Virus record (IMG/VR): IMGVR_UViG_3300027747_000967
Coordinates: 55,999-119,998 of that record
From: a virus
Strand: one strand, 5' to 3'
DNA length: 64,000 bases
Position numbers and translations under genes: made by a program. The notes under the pieces were generated by a model. It ran no database searches. It was not told where the DNA came from and was given only the letters and a program-made list of their open reading frames with translations. Below are positions 46,620 through 57,079 of this stretch, one piece after another (position 1 is the stretch's first letter; each line of letters opens with the position of its first letter).

Positions 46620-48212
46620 TTATTCGTCTGCCTGTTCGCTTTCATCTGGCGGCGTAGGAAGTTGATTCATCATAGATTGTTGTGCCACGTTGTTCATGAC
46701 TTGATTAGGCATTCCTAATCCATTTTCTTTTTCTTCATCAATCTCTGATTGCATTTCTTTAATTTGGTCATCAGTTAAACGTAATACTTGTCTTTGTATC
46801 CACGCTTGTGAGAAGTAACGACCGGTATACGGGTCAACTTGTTCTAACAATGCCAATCTTTCTTTCATTAATTCAGCATCTTTGAGTTCTGTGAAGTTAT
46901 TGTCTTTGATGAAATCATAATAAACGTGTTCACGGATATCTAACCACTCATCATCGGTACAAATACCTTTTAGTACACATTGAACACGAAGCGCTTGGTC
47001 AAATATATCAGCAAATTTATTTCTAAGTCTATCAACAAACTTAGCAAACTTTAATTCATCACGGGTAATCTCATTGGTACGACCTAATGAAAAACCAGAA
47101 CTTTCTGGATTTAAACGAGAAACAGGAACACATAACGCTTTATATAATTTCTTTTCAAAGTATTTGACATCTTCTAATTCACCTAAGTTTTGTGCACCAG
47201 GTAATGTTGTAATCTCTGTACCTTTGCCACCTTCTCTACGAGGTAACCAAAAGTCTTCCATCATAGACATAAATTTACGGTCATCACGAACTTCACCTGT
47301 GTTGGCATCATATACTAATTTGTTCTTATACTTCACCATAATATCACGAAGATATTGTTCTGCTTTTAATTTAGGCAAATTACCTACGTCAATATAAAAG
47401 ATTCTACGCTCGGGTGCTCTAGAAATACGATAGATAACCGTTGCATCTTCAATCATACGCAACTGGTTGAGTGGTTTGATTGCTTTGTGTAGATATGATA
47501 GAACTACAGCACGGCGTGAATCCATGAGTCCTGATACAACGGAGATGATAGAATCTGTTGTAATACGAACACCTACAGGACCAAAGTTAGAAGAACCACC
47601 AGTTACCACTTTATCATTATAGATATAGTATTCATTAATAATGTTCATTACCTCAACGCCGGTACGTTCATCTTTTTTCTTTTTGATTTCACGAACTTTT
47701 TTCAACTTGCGTGGGTCAATGTAACGTAACTCACGGATACCTTGAACTGGATTTTCACGGTCAATAATAATGTGGTAATACATCCTACCGTCTACATACC
47801 ATCTACGAAAAATGTCTTGTGCTAGGTTACTATAATTGAGTAATTTTAGAATGTTATTAAATTCTGTCTTGATTGCTTTTTTGATTTTGTCTGGTTGTTG
47901 TAAATCATCTAAAACAATTTGAATATTTTTACCATCATCATCGGTACAAATTGCTTCATTGATAATATCATCAATAGCAGATTCAATTTCAGGTTGCATG
48001 GCCATTTCACGATAACGAGAAATTAGTTCAACCTCATTCTTAGCGGTACCATCTAAATCAACATATGTTCCATAATAAGCCGCAGAGGTAATGGTTAAGG
48101 CGCCATCATCATTGTTTGGAGGAGAAAATGATTGTTGAACCTTTTGGTCATCTTCCGCTTTTTCACGGGAGATGCTAAAACCAAAGAGTGAAAATTTATT
48201 GTTATTTGCCAT
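46620..48212 (-). CDS. gp20: Portal protein
   Basis: YRISRAPERRIFYIDVGNLPK, EDFWLPRREGGKGTEI. Confidence 0.99.
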   Translation of the reverse strand: MANNNKFSLFGFSISREKAEDDQKVQQSFSPPNNDDGALTITSAAYYGTYVDLDGTAKNEVELISRYREMAMQPEIESAIDDIINEAICTDDDGKNIQIVLDDLQQPDKIKKAIKTEFNNILKLLNYSNLAQDIFRRWYVDGRMYYHIIIDRENPVQGIRELRYIDPRKLKKVREIKKKKDERTGVEVMNIINEYYIYNDKVVTGGSSNFGPVGVRITTDSIISVVSGLMDSRRAVVLSYLHKAIKPLNQLRMIEDATVIYRISRAPERRIFYIDVGNLPKLKAEQYLRDIMVKYKNKLVYDANTGEVRDDRKFMSMMEDFWLPRREGGKGTEITTLPGAQNLGELEDVKYFEKKLYKALCVPVSRLNPESSGFSLGRTNEITRDELKFAKFVDRLRNKFADIFDQALRVQCVLKGICTDDEWLDIREHVYYDFIKDNNFTELKDAELMKERLALLEQVDPYTGRYFSQAWIQRQVLRLTDDQIKEMQSEIDEEKENGLGMPNQVMNNVAQQSMMNQLPTPPDESEQADE

Positions 48213-48246
48213 ATTATCTATTCCATTTCAATTCAAAAAAACATAA

Positions 48247-48266
48247 GAGAGGGCCGAGACCCTCTC
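48247..48266 (-). terminator. Hairpin/terminator after gene 19
   Basis: GAGAGGG-6-CCCTCTC followed by a T-rich tract. Confidence 0.6.
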
Positions 48267-48281
48267 ATAAAAAAATACAAA

Positions 48282-48827
48282 TTAGGAATCTGTAACGTCT
48301 GAAGTCCAGTATTGGTATGCAAATGTTACTTGATATTCTTCAATAGCATCATTTTGGTCCCAACCTAAATCGATTGGTGAAATATCTATTGGAAACATAC
48401 CAACCATATTAATTTGTTTTAATATGGAACCATCTTTACCATATTGAACTACGGAAGAATCGGCTGTGTAACCTAAAGGTGTATTTGTAGTAGCCGCACG
48501 AATATTACCTGCGTGACTATTAATTTTACCTAACCAAACTTCTAAAGAATTACGAATTGCAAAATCTTCATCGTTAATAATCGTTACTGTCCAATCAGTA
48601 AATGTTCTATTACCTGCCATCTTTAATTCACGACCAAAATAATACATTGGCACAGTACCTATTGAAGAACCAGGTAATTGTGCTGCTTTGGCCATGAATA
48701 AGGCTTTTTGTCCTGATGTTGTACCATCAGTTACTACTGACGGAAAACCTAAATTAACTTCAAAAAGGTTTGGACGAGCGCCGTCAAATAATAAATTTGA
48801 CCTAAATTGAGATACATTAAATGCCAT
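48282..48827 (-). CDS. gp19: Tail tube protein
   Basis: GARPNLFEV, AAQLPGS, WTVTIINDEDF. Confidence 0.97.
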   Translation of the reverse strand: MAFNVSQFRSNLLFDGARPNLFEVNLGFPSVVTDGTTSGQKALFMAKAAQLPGSSIGTVPMYYFGRELKMAGNRTFTDWTVTIINDEDFAIRNSLEVWLGKINSHAGNIRAATTNTPLGYTADSSVVQYGKDGSILKQINMVGMFPIDISPIDLGWDQNDAIEEYQVTFAYQYWTSDVTDS

Positions 48828-48852
48828 TTTTTTCTCCTGTTATTTTTATTTA

Positions 48853-50565
48853 TCAAGCATTCTGAACAATAGTCTGGAAGTCTACGCCAGTTCTTACAGC
48901 AACAAAATTCAACTGAATAAAGTTAACAGAACGAGCAGGCTGAATGTAAATATCACCAACAAATTGATTAGAATCAACAACTTGTTGTGGATTATTTGTA
49001 CCATCACAAACAACACGGAAATTATAGATACCACGGCGTGCCTGAACTTGTCTCAAGAAAGGTGTAACAAGAGCAATAAATTGATTTCTTGTTGTCACAT
49101 CATTAAATTCAAATAAAGAAAATTTAGATGCAGCTGCAATTGACTTTTCTAAAGTTAAGAATAATCTGCGAACATTAATACGGTCAAAGGCTGATGGTTG
49201 ACTTAACAATGTCTTATCGCCAAATAATACGGTACCTTGTCCTGGGAATGTTACAACAGGATTAACACCTTGGCCATAAAGGACATCACGATAAGTTTTA
49301 TTTGGATTCCATGCCAATTTAACGACATTTCTTAAATTACCACGATTGTAACCAGCTGGTGAATACCATGGGTCACGAACGGCATCGGTATACGCACATA
49401 GACCTGCTATGTCACCATTTAAAGGTATCCAACGATATACATTATTAAATTTATCAAACATATATTTCCAACCAGAATCAGCAACAGCGTAAGATGTTGA
49501 ACGAGCTAGTTGATTCAACCAAGTTGTAATATTAGCACTTTCATTACCTGGTTGATTAACAACAGAGGATGAAGGCGGTGAAACAAACGCTAAACAATCT
49601 TGACGTTGATTTGCAATATTATCAATAATATACTGTTGAGTTGCAACAGAAGCATCGCCAGAAATAACCAAATTAATATTTGTTTCGTCTGCGTTAGTAA
49701 AATAACTATATGCAGTTTGTGTATTTGCGTCTAAAATATTAGAATCAGCACCACCACCTAAAGTAATTGTCTGTACGCTTGTTAAATTAGCAAAATTTAT
49801 ATTTGTTGCATTTAATCCCCAAGTTGTGGATGTGTTTGCATAATTTGGTGGATCCATAGCGTAAATATATTTTGAATTTCTGAAAATATAATTTTTGTAA
49901 TAATTTGAGTTTCCTAAAGAATCATCAACATCCGCTCCTTTAGATAAAAACGGAAACACTTCTAAAATAGTATTTTTTGCGCCTGTAAATAAACCACCAG
50001 TATCCACAACTACAACGTGAACTTGGTCGTATAAAGCACCAGCACCAGCTGCTTGAATAGAAGTATTAGGAGCAACAGGAATTCTTGTAGCAAGACCTAC
50101 ACCATTTACATTCCATGTATTTGAGTATGTATTTGCATCAACTATTGAAACTGTTAATGAATTACCTAAAGCGCCAGGATAACGAGCTATAAAAGGACCA
50201 GCAATGTTTGCATTAGTTGTGGTATTTAAATAACTATATTCAAACGTATCTTCATTTGCAATTGCAATAGAAGCATTAGCGTTAGCGGAAGAATTTTTAT
50301 GATTAGGACCAATTGGTCTAACGATTGTTAAATTATTACCATATGCTAAGAAAGATGCAGCAGTAAAAAAAGAAACTGCTGTATTTGTATCTGGACTAAA
50401 AAAAGTACTTACCATTTGTGTTTCATTGGTAATTAAAACTCTTTTATTTGCTGGACCCCATCTAAAAGCTCCTGCAAAAGCACCTGCTGTTGTCAGTACG
50501 GCCGGAACTACAGTCGTTAAATCAACTTCCGATACTGAAACACCTGGAGAGATTGAATATGCCAT
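48853..50565 (-). CDS. gp18: Tail sheath protein
   Basis: SPGVSVSEVDLT, WYSPAG, FDRINVRRLF; CATAAATA at 50624-50631. Confidence 0.98.
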   Translation of the reverse strand: MAYSISPGVSVSEVDLTTVVPAVLTTAGAFAGAFRWGPANKRVLITNETQMVSTFFSPDTNTAVSFFTAASFLAYGNNLTIVRPIGPNHKNSSANANASIAIANEDTFEYSYLNTTTNANIAGPFIARYPGALGNSLTVSIVDANTYSNTWNVNGVGLATRIPVAPNTSIQAAGAGALYDQVHVVVVDTGGLFTGAKNTILEVFPFLSKGADVDDSLGNSNYYKNYIFRNSKYIYAMDPPNYANTSTTWGLNATNINFANLTSVQTITLGGGADSNILDANTQTAYSYFTNADETNINLVISGDASVATQQYIIDNIANQRQDCLAFVSPPSSSVVNQPGNESANITTWLNQLARSTSYAVADSGWKYMFDKFNNVYRWIPLNGDIAGLCAYTDAVRDPWYSPAGYNRGNLRNVVKLAWNPNKTYRDVLYGQGVNPVVTFPGQGTVLFGDKTLLSQPSAFDRINVRRLFLTLEKSIAAASKFSLFEFNDVTTRNQFIALVTPFLRQVQARRGIYNFRVVCDGTNNPQQVVDSNQFVGDIYIQPARSVNFIQLNFVAVRTGVDFQTIVQNA

Positions 50566-50650
50566 TTGTGTTCTCCTTAAATTATTATGTTATGAATGTT
50601 TGGCAACTAGATTACTATGAATATATTTATGAAAGCGGTTATTTAGAGTT

Positions 50651-52441
50651 TTATCTTTTCATTTCTCTAAAATAATTAGCATAAACTTCACCACTACCTG
50701 CTTTTTCCCATAAATCACCATCAATCAAGTCAAAAGGTACATCTAAACCATTATCTATGACTGGTGCAGGCAATACTTCTTCAAATTCCTGATTCATATT
50801 TTCTAATTGAATCTGCTTACGAATATCGTGATTGACAATTTTTTTGAAATAATCTTGTGATGTTACCCATGAAAACATGACCAAACTCATCACCAAATCA
50901 TCATTGGCATCAGATTCGGCAGAGAAAGAATTTTTCTGTGAAACAAAAGTAGTTAATTCTGAATAGGTATCAAAGTCATTTACAAGTAATTTGTTACCTT
51001 CAATCAAAGTTTTTAAATTGGCACAACCAATTCGTTTGACTTGAGGTGACATTTTGAGACCCATTTGTGTGCCTCTTTGAAAACCTTCTGATAATTTTTG
51101 TGGTTTTTTATTACCCGTATACACTTTCCAAAGATTTTCATACTCAAAGTCTTGGTGTAAAATGTCAGCAACTTGTGGATTGTTATTAATCTCAACGAGA
51201 ATATATGCGTCATTATAATACTTTGCCGCATTATATACATGAGTTGGTAATAACATAGGTGACACAGTAGAACTTTTGTATCTTGCTACCTGTTTATAAG
51301 GAGTAGTGGAAATATTAATCACATTAAAAGCAGAACAGTCTAGATTACGACCTTCTGAAACGTCTACGGTAATACAATATAAATTGTCTTTTGTGGGCTC
51401 ATCTTCAATTTCTTTGATTGGATGTTCAAATATCATTAACTCATCATGTTCAGCAATAGCATCCACATAACTTATTTCTTGTAATTTTTTACCAGATATT
51501 AAAGTATTTGAAGAACCTAAGAACGTGGTATTAAATTCTTGGTCAAACTGCCTTTCTGAAGTATTACGAATTGTTTCTTCTTTCCAAGCCTCATCACGAC
51601 CAGGAACTTGCGACCAATGAATTTCAAATGGTACATAATTGTTCTTTTTATTCAGTGCGTCTTGCCAAATCTTGTAGAAAAGATTCATACCGTTTGGTGT
51701 AGATACAATTAAAATCTTTGTTTTTGTACCAGCAGTAATCACAGGATAAACAGAAGTAAAGAATTCGTAGGCAATATTTGAAGGCACGAAAGCAAATTCG
51801 TCTAAGAACACAATGTTAAAAGAACCTGAACGAGCCGCTGATGAAGATGTTGAGTCTGCTATAATAACCGATTTATTTTCTAATTCAATACGACCTTTGT
51901 TCCATTCCACAACACCTTGTTGTAGCCACATAGGTAAATTTTCATAGGCCAACTGAAGTTTTTGTAGAATTTTACGAGCAGTATCACCACGATTGGCAAG
52001 AATAGCAATCGTCTGTGCGTCTTGGAATAATATAGTCCATAAAAGATATGCAACTGCTGTGGTTGTATTATGTGATAATATATTACCTGTATAAAATCTA
52101 TGGTCATCAGAATTTATAGTTAAATCAAACATATGAGAATATTCTTCTGTTTGAATTACTTTTGTAATTAATTGTGGACCTGATTTAGTCATGATAAACG
52201 ATTTATTTGTAATTAAATCTTTAGCAAAAATTTCATTTAAACTCTCATCAAAGAGAATATGAGTATCAGCACAAATTAAATATGAACCATCTTCCGTTTC
52301 AATATACCATTCTTGATATTCAACGGTTTTATGAATTTGAGTTACAGGTACCCAACCAGAATCGGATTCAATTTCCCATTCATCATCTAAATCAATTGAA
52401 TCTACAAATTTTCTTTCTATTGTGTCAGAAAGTTTATACAT
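50651..52441 (-). CDS. gp17: Terminase large subunit C-terminal part preceded by a split-intein C fragment
   Basis: After ...ILSHN comes TTTAVAY; LDEFAF (Walker B), STPNG, DVSEG, DDLVM. Confidence 0.95.
   Translation of the reverse strand: MYKLSDTIERKFVDSIDLDDEWEIESDSGWVPVTQIHKTVEYQEWYIETEDGSYLICADTHILFDESLNEIFAKDLITNKSFIMTKSGPQLITKVIQTEEYSHMFDLTINSDDHRFYTGNILSHNTTTAVAYLLWTILFQDAQTIAILANRGDTARKILQKLQLAYENLPMWLQQGVVEWNKGRIELENKSVIIADSTSSSAARSGSFNIVFLDEFAFVPSNIAYEFFTSVYPVITAGTKTKILIVSTPNGMNLFYKIWQDALNKKNNYVPFEIHWSQVPGRDEAWKEETIRNTSERQFDQEFNTTFLGSSNTLISGKKLQEISYVDAIAEHDELMIFEHPIKEIEDEPTKDNLYCITVDVSEGRNLDCSAFNVINISTTPYKQVARYKSSTVSPMLLPTHVYNAAKYYNDAYILVEINNNPQVADILHQDFEYENLWKVYTGNKKPQKLSEGFQRGTQMGLKMSPQVKRIGCANLKTLIEGNKLLVNDFDTYSELTTFVSQKNSFSAESDANDDLVMSLVMFSWVTSQDYFKKIVNHDIRKQIQLENMNQEFEEVLPAPVIDNGLDVPFDLIDGDLWEKAGSGEVYANYFREMKR
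52067..52441 (-). mobile_element. Split intein C fragment (125 aa)
   Basis: Block B CADTH, block F MFDLT, terminal HN followed by Thr+1. Confidence 0.92.
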
Positions 52442-53373
52442 TTTTGTATTGTACCTTGCTTGTCGTTTTTATAATCATTTTCTTTTATTCTTAATAATTT
52501 ATAACCATTATTATTTAAATCAATTTCTCTATTTTTATCTTTTTCAATTATAAAAGTATAGTTTTTATTTTTAACACTATGCCAATATTCACCATCAAAT
52601 TCAATAACTTTTTTGGTTGAAACATTAATAAAATCAGGTTTTATTGACCTGTTTGACAATAATAAAGTATATTCGTAATTTTTACCAGAATCATCTTTTT
52701 GTTTATTTTTATTTAATTCAGCAAAATAAATATTATCTAAAGAAGGTAAATTATCACAAATATTCCAAAATAATTCTTGTGATATTTTACTAAAATTAGA
52801 TTTAGGAAAAGATTTCAACCATTTTTCTTGTCTTTTATTCCATCTTTTTGTACCTTCTTCAACGCCATATTTTTTTATACATTTTTCTAAAGAAAAAGTT
52901 GATTGCCTTTCTGATAATAATTTTTTGGCTTCTACTTCATTACCATTTGTTTTTTCTAACCAATATTCTAATTTTGTATTATCTTTATTTAATATTTTTT
53001 TATTTTGTTTGGCTTTTTTCTTTGTTTCTTCAATATGATTTATTCCTTTAATGAACTTATCGGAAAAAGGTGAATATTTACCGCCATGTTGAAAAGCCGG
53101 ATTATTTTCTCCTTTTAACCTATCAATTGATTTTTGTGATTTAATTGTTGTAACATTATGTTTATTTTTATAATCATTTACAGACATATTATGTTTGTTG
53201 ATTATGTGTGTTGCTAATTCTGAACTTTTAAAACCACACTCTTTGCACACAATATAATCATACCCTTCAATCAATCCTTCATATTTTGCGTTTCTAATAG
53301 CTTGATGTTGTGCTAGTATTTTATCTTTATTTTTTTGGTAATAACTTTGATTTTTTTGCAGCTTGTTGTTCAT
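52417..53373 (-). mobile_element. Free-standing endonuclease (zinc finger plus Vsr/PD-(D/E)XK-like) between intein halves
   Basis: CKECG..H...H; SKISQELF, PDF, IEFDGEYWH, RIKE. Confidence 0.85.
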
Positions 53374-53713
53374 AAAATTCTCCTACTGTAGTTTCAATAA
53401 TTTCTCCGGTTTTTTTGTTTTTTAACCGTATAGGAGTATTTAGTTGAAAACATTTTCCAACTTGCCTTGGACATTTTGTAATGACGAAACGATTATCATG
53501 AAACGTCTTAATCATGTCCTTTTGAAAATCATACATATCAAAAGGTACCACACCATCATCTAGTGTAATAATTTTGATATATTTGGTAAAATAGATAGGG
53601 TCTTTAGAACACTTAATGTATTCTTCAAGTTCTTCTTGTGTATAGTTAAGTGAAACCCCAACTCGTTTTAGTAGTGGGTTGTCACGGTAGCTTTGCTTAT
53701 TATTTGTTGCCAT
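53327..53713 (-). CDS. gp17: Terminase large subunit N-terminal part followed by a split-intein N fragment
   Basis: YRDNPLLK, DPIYF, YDFQ, KCPRQVGK, then intein Cys1. Confidence 0.93.
   Translation of the reverse strand: MATNNKQSYRDNPLLKRVGVSLNYTQEELEEYIKCSKDPIYFTKYIKIITLDDGVVPFDMYDFQKDMIKTFHDNRFVITKCPRQVGKCFQLNTPIRLKNKKTGEIIETTVGEFYEQQAAKKSKLLPKK
53330..53452 (-). mobile_element. Split intein N fragment (41 aa)
   Basis: CFQLNTPIRL block A directly after the Walker A lysine. Confidence 0.88.
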
Positions 53714-54119
53714 TGTCTTTTAGAAATTTAGCCAGTTCATTGGTACTACCTACAAAAATTGCTTTATCTATATTGGTATTGTTGACTTCTTTTTTCTTGT
53801 CCATATCACGCATTGTTTTTTGAATACTAAGAAGTTCTTTATTGGCATCTACCATATTTTTGAGTAGGCCGCTATAAACTTCAAATGCACGAGGATGTTG
53901 ACCTGCTTTTGCTATCTCTAAAATTTCGTGCATTGCTTCTTGGCCTTGGTCAATAATGCCTTGAAGATTTTCTCTTGACTGTTGATAAGCGTCACCTAAA
54001 TCTTCTTCAATATTAGGTGCGTTATAAAGTGGTGTAGTTTTAGTCACAACAGGTAAATCTTTAGTCTCTTTTGCAGGAACATCAAAGATTTTTTCCATGT
54101 TTTTATCAAAATTATTCAT
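53700..54119 (-). CDS. gp16: Terminase small subunit
   Basis: HPRAFEV, FVGSTNEL. Confidence 0.93.
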   Translation of the reverse strand: MNNFDKNMEKIFDVPAKETKDLPVVTKTTPLYNAPNIEEDLGDAYQQSRENLQGIIDQGQEAMHEILEIAKAGQHPRAFEVYSGLLKNMVDANKELLSIQKTMRDMDKKKEVNNTNIDKAIFVGSTNELAKFLKDNGNK

Positions 54120-54128
54120 TTTATATTA

Positions 54129-55118
54129 TTATCTATATTCTTGAATTGTAGTTGTATAGGTATAATTACTGTTAGCGTTTGCTGTGGTTGGATTTGGAAC
54201 TACAGTAATTTTAGCATATTGATGTGAATTTACATAATATGAAGTAAATGTATAATTTGCATTTGTTTTTGAACCAATAATTGGTTGATTTGAAACAAAA
54301 TTACCAGATATATCTGTTAGTACTAATTCTTTTTTTGTTCCAATTGTTTTAAACTCTAATACTTTTCCTGTTGCTGTTGATGTATTTAGTGAGTATCCTT
54401 GGTAAACAATTTCACCGGTTTGATAAGTTCCAATACCTGTATTTGCCACATTAAAGATAACAGAATTTTCGCCTTGAATATTATTCAGAACATTTGTAAT
54501 AGAAGTTTTAATAAGACCCGTTGACGATGTTGGTCCGTAAATAAATCCTTTGGCTGTAAAATTTAATGTCCAAATAATGATTCTTGTATCAATACTTCTG
54601 TCACCTTCTGAAGTAATTTCTTGTGAAACATCGTTTAATAATATAGGAACTTCTTTAATGATACCCATTTCAGGTATTAAATTTAATTTTAATGTGTAAT
54701 CTGGTGTAAAATAAGCCAATATATGTTCAATGATTTGTGAAGCATCTTCAATGTTTCTTACATAAAGATATAATGAAAAATTAAAATTATAAGGCACAGG
54801 ATTGTATTGAGATTTTACTCCTGTCGGTGTTTGTGCAAAGTTTTGTATATTAGTATTTTGCTTTCTTGATGTGTCATAAGAAATACCAGTCATTTCATAA
54901 GCCATTGTTGGCAAAGTAATTCTAGTTTTCTTATCTAAATTTGGGTCATCAGATAAACGGTCAACATAATTTTCTTTACTTGCAAACCCAATAGGAACAA
55001 TAAATCTTTCTTGTTCTGAATCATCTTCATTATAACGAACCAATGTAATATTATCAAAGATGCTTCCAAAACCAACAATCATTTTTCGTATAATACGATT
55101 ATAGAAAACATTGGCCAT
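54129..55118 (-). CDS. gp15: Tail sheath stabilizer / completion protein
   Basis: FGSIFDNI, PVPYN, QIIEHIL..FTPDY. Confidence 0.93.
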   Translation of the reverse strand: MANVFYNRIIRKMIVGFGSIFDNITLVRYNEDDSEQERFIVPIGFASKENYVDRLSDDPNLDKKTRITLPTMAYEMTGISYDTSRKQNTNIQNFAQTPTGVKSQYNPVPYNFNFSLYLYVRNIEDASQIIEHILAYFTPDYTLKLNLIPEMGIIKEVPILLNDVSQEITSEGDRSIDTRIIIWTLNFTAKGFIYGPTSSTGLIKTSITNVLNNIQGENSVIFNVANTGIGTYQTGEIVYQGYSLNTSTATGKVLEFKTIGTKKELVLTDISGNFVSNQPIIGSKTNANYTFTSYYVNSHQYAKITVVPNPTTANANSNYTYTTTIQEYR

Positions 55119-56002
55119 TATATTTTACCTATTGGATTTATTTCTGTTGAAACCAAAACTGTATTTGCTTCACCTTTAATTGTAATATTATCATAACCTT
55201 CTTTTTTCGCTGGACTCTCCAACGGATCAAAATTACCAAGAGACCATAAAGCACCGCTGGTTGAACCTACAATATTATTATTAGCTATAAATTCACCAAA
55301 AATGTTGGTAACAGATAGTGTCTTTGAAGAAGGTATCCAACTTTGAACGGTAGCAGAAGCAAAAATATTATTTGCTGTACCATCTGATGATTGATATACA
55401 AATTCTTTAATATTGTAATTAATATTATTTCCTGAACTTATATGTAAATGTATCGTGTAAGCAGAATCAGTAACAACAGAATCAATATCTTCAATACCAG
55501 TAGAAATAACTTCTTGTGAAAATCTGTATTTCTCTAACTCTAATTCATAAAAATAAGGAACTTTTCTACCTAACATAAAGAAATCTTTTGTTTGATTGGT
55601 AAATTTAATTTCAAATAATTCACCTGTACCATTTAAAAAAGGTATGTAAATTAAATCACCTTCTCTTGGTCGTGTAAAACTATTTTGTGGAACTCTTTCT
55701 GAAAATGACCTTCTTGAAACAATTACATTGACATTATTTCTAATTTCTAAACCAAACTTAGAGAAGAATTCTTTTTCACCCAAATATTCCATTGAATTTG
55801 AAAGATACATTTCTAAAGGAAAAGCAGATTCAAATTTTTTGACAGGATCCTCACCTAATAATAAATCACGAGCTTGGTCGTTATCATTAGGTAGATAATA
55901 GGTGTCAAATCCTTGAACTTTGATAGATTCACATATTAAATCTTCAATGACTCGTTGTTCGGATAGACCGCCATAAGAATTAAAATAAAAATTTGTAGGC
56001 AT
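55118..56002 (-). CDS. gp14: Neck protein
   Basis: FSKFGLEIR, RPREGDLIY. Confidence 0.93.
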   Translation of the reverse strand: MPTNFYFNSYGGLSEQRVIEDLICESIKVQGFDTYYLPNDNDQARDLLLGEDPVKKFESAFPLEMYLSNSMEYLGEKEFFSKFGLEIRNNVNVIVSRRSFSERVPQNSFTRPREGDLIYIPFLNGTGELFEIKFTNQTKDFFMLGRKVPYFYELELEKYRFSQEVISTGIEDIDSVVTDSAYTIHLHISSGNNINYNIKEFVYQSSDGTANNIFASATVQSWIPSSKTLSVTNIFGEFIANNNIVGSTSGALWSLGNFDPLESPAKKEGYDNITIKGEANTVLVSTEINPIGKI

Positions 56003-56003
56003 A

Positions 56004-56774
56004 TTAATTCATCAAAAATTCCAAAGGAGCACCGTAATTGTTTTCCATTTCTTTCTCTAGTCTTTCTATTTCTTCTACCGCTTCGGTGTAAATTGTTTTA
56101 CCATCTAAGGTAACGCCACCTGGTAATTGTAGACCAGCGAATTTACTGAGGTTGTTTCCCCATGTTCTTTTAATAAGAGCGGTAGCATACTCTTTAATCC
56201 AACGGTCGTTCCAAACTCTGGTATAAACATCTGGATTAATTACCGCATACGCTTCGGCAATAACAGTATTACCGACATACACATCATTACCCCATGACCA
56301 ATCAATATATAGTCTCTGCATATGTCTTTGAAAACGAATAGGAACCTCTCCAGTAAACATCAATTCTAGTGAACGTAAGTGTTGCTGTGTTAATGTATAG
56401 TTGACGTATGATGCGGAGGTGAAGTCATACAATTCATTTAATCGTAATTGATATCTCAAATCAAACATATTTACCGAGGCTTGCGAATCGGTAATGGGAA
56501 ATATACGAGTAATGCCAACAATTTCCATAGAATTACCATCAGCATCTTTAGCATTACTTAAATCTAAGTATTTTTGTGTAATGTCTGTCTGTTGTATACC
56601 TTTGATGTAATATACTTTTTGTAAACCATCAAAATGGTAATCTTGCCAATATTGCAAAGCGTCATCAATACGGTCTGATACTTGATCCCGGTCAACATTT
56701 ATTTCTATCACAGGAAATCCTAATCTACGCAGGCAATAATCGGTGAAATCTTTCCTATTAGTTATTGTTGCCAT
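56004..56774 (-). CDS. gp13: Neck protein
   Basis: YCLRRLGFPVIEINV, WGNNLSKF..LPGGV; CATAAATA at 56797-56804. Confidence 0.95.
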   Translation of the reverse strand: MATITNRKDFTDYCLRRLGFPVIEINVDRDQVSDRIDDALQYWQDYHFDGLQKVYYIKGIQQTDITQKYLDLSNAKDADGNSMEIVGITRIFPITDSQASVNMFDLRYQLRLNELYDFTSASYVNYTLTQQHLRSLELMFTGEVPIRFQRHMQRLYIDWSWGNDVYVGNTVIAEAYAVINPDVYTRVWNDRWIKEYATALIKRTWGNNLSKFAGLQLPGGVTLDGKTIYTEAVEEIERLEKEMENNYGAPLEFLMN

Positions 56775-56818
56775 CAATTTCTCCTCTTAATGGAAGTATT
56801 TATGTATATCGTGGAAAC

Positions 56819-56843
56819 AAAAAAACCACCCGAAGGTGGTTTC
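56819..56843 (-). terminator. Intrinsic terminator
   Basis: AAACCACC-TTCG-GGTGGTTTTTTT. Confidence 0.85.
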
Positions 56844-56858
56844 TTTAATCACTTCTTA

Positions 56859-57023
56859 TTAATTTAAAGACTTTAATTTCTCTAAAGTACCTTGTGTAGA
56901 CAATATCTCATTATCAATGTCAATAACGGCTTGTAGATTGCCTTGATGTGCAAGAGCAATCCTAGCTGCCTGTAATCCTGTAACTTTATTTTGTAAAATT
57001 ACAATTATTTCTTCAATTGTCAT
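56859..57023 (-). CDS. 54-aa coiled-coil hypothetical protein
   Basis: MTIEEIIVILQNKV...LEKLKSLN; AAGG SD; not in the ORF track. Confidence 0.6.
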   Translation of the reverse strand: MTIEEIIVILQNKVTGLQAARIALAHQGNLQAVIDIDNEILSTQGTLEKLKSLN

Positions 57024-57037
57024 AGGAACCTTTGATG

Positions 57038-57063
57038 TAAAAAAACCACCCGTAGGTGGTCTT
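57038..57063 (-). terminator. Intrinsic terminator
   Basis: ACCACC-TACG-GGTGGTTTTTTTT. Confidence 0.8.
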
Positions 57064-57079
57064 TAATAACTCAATTAAA

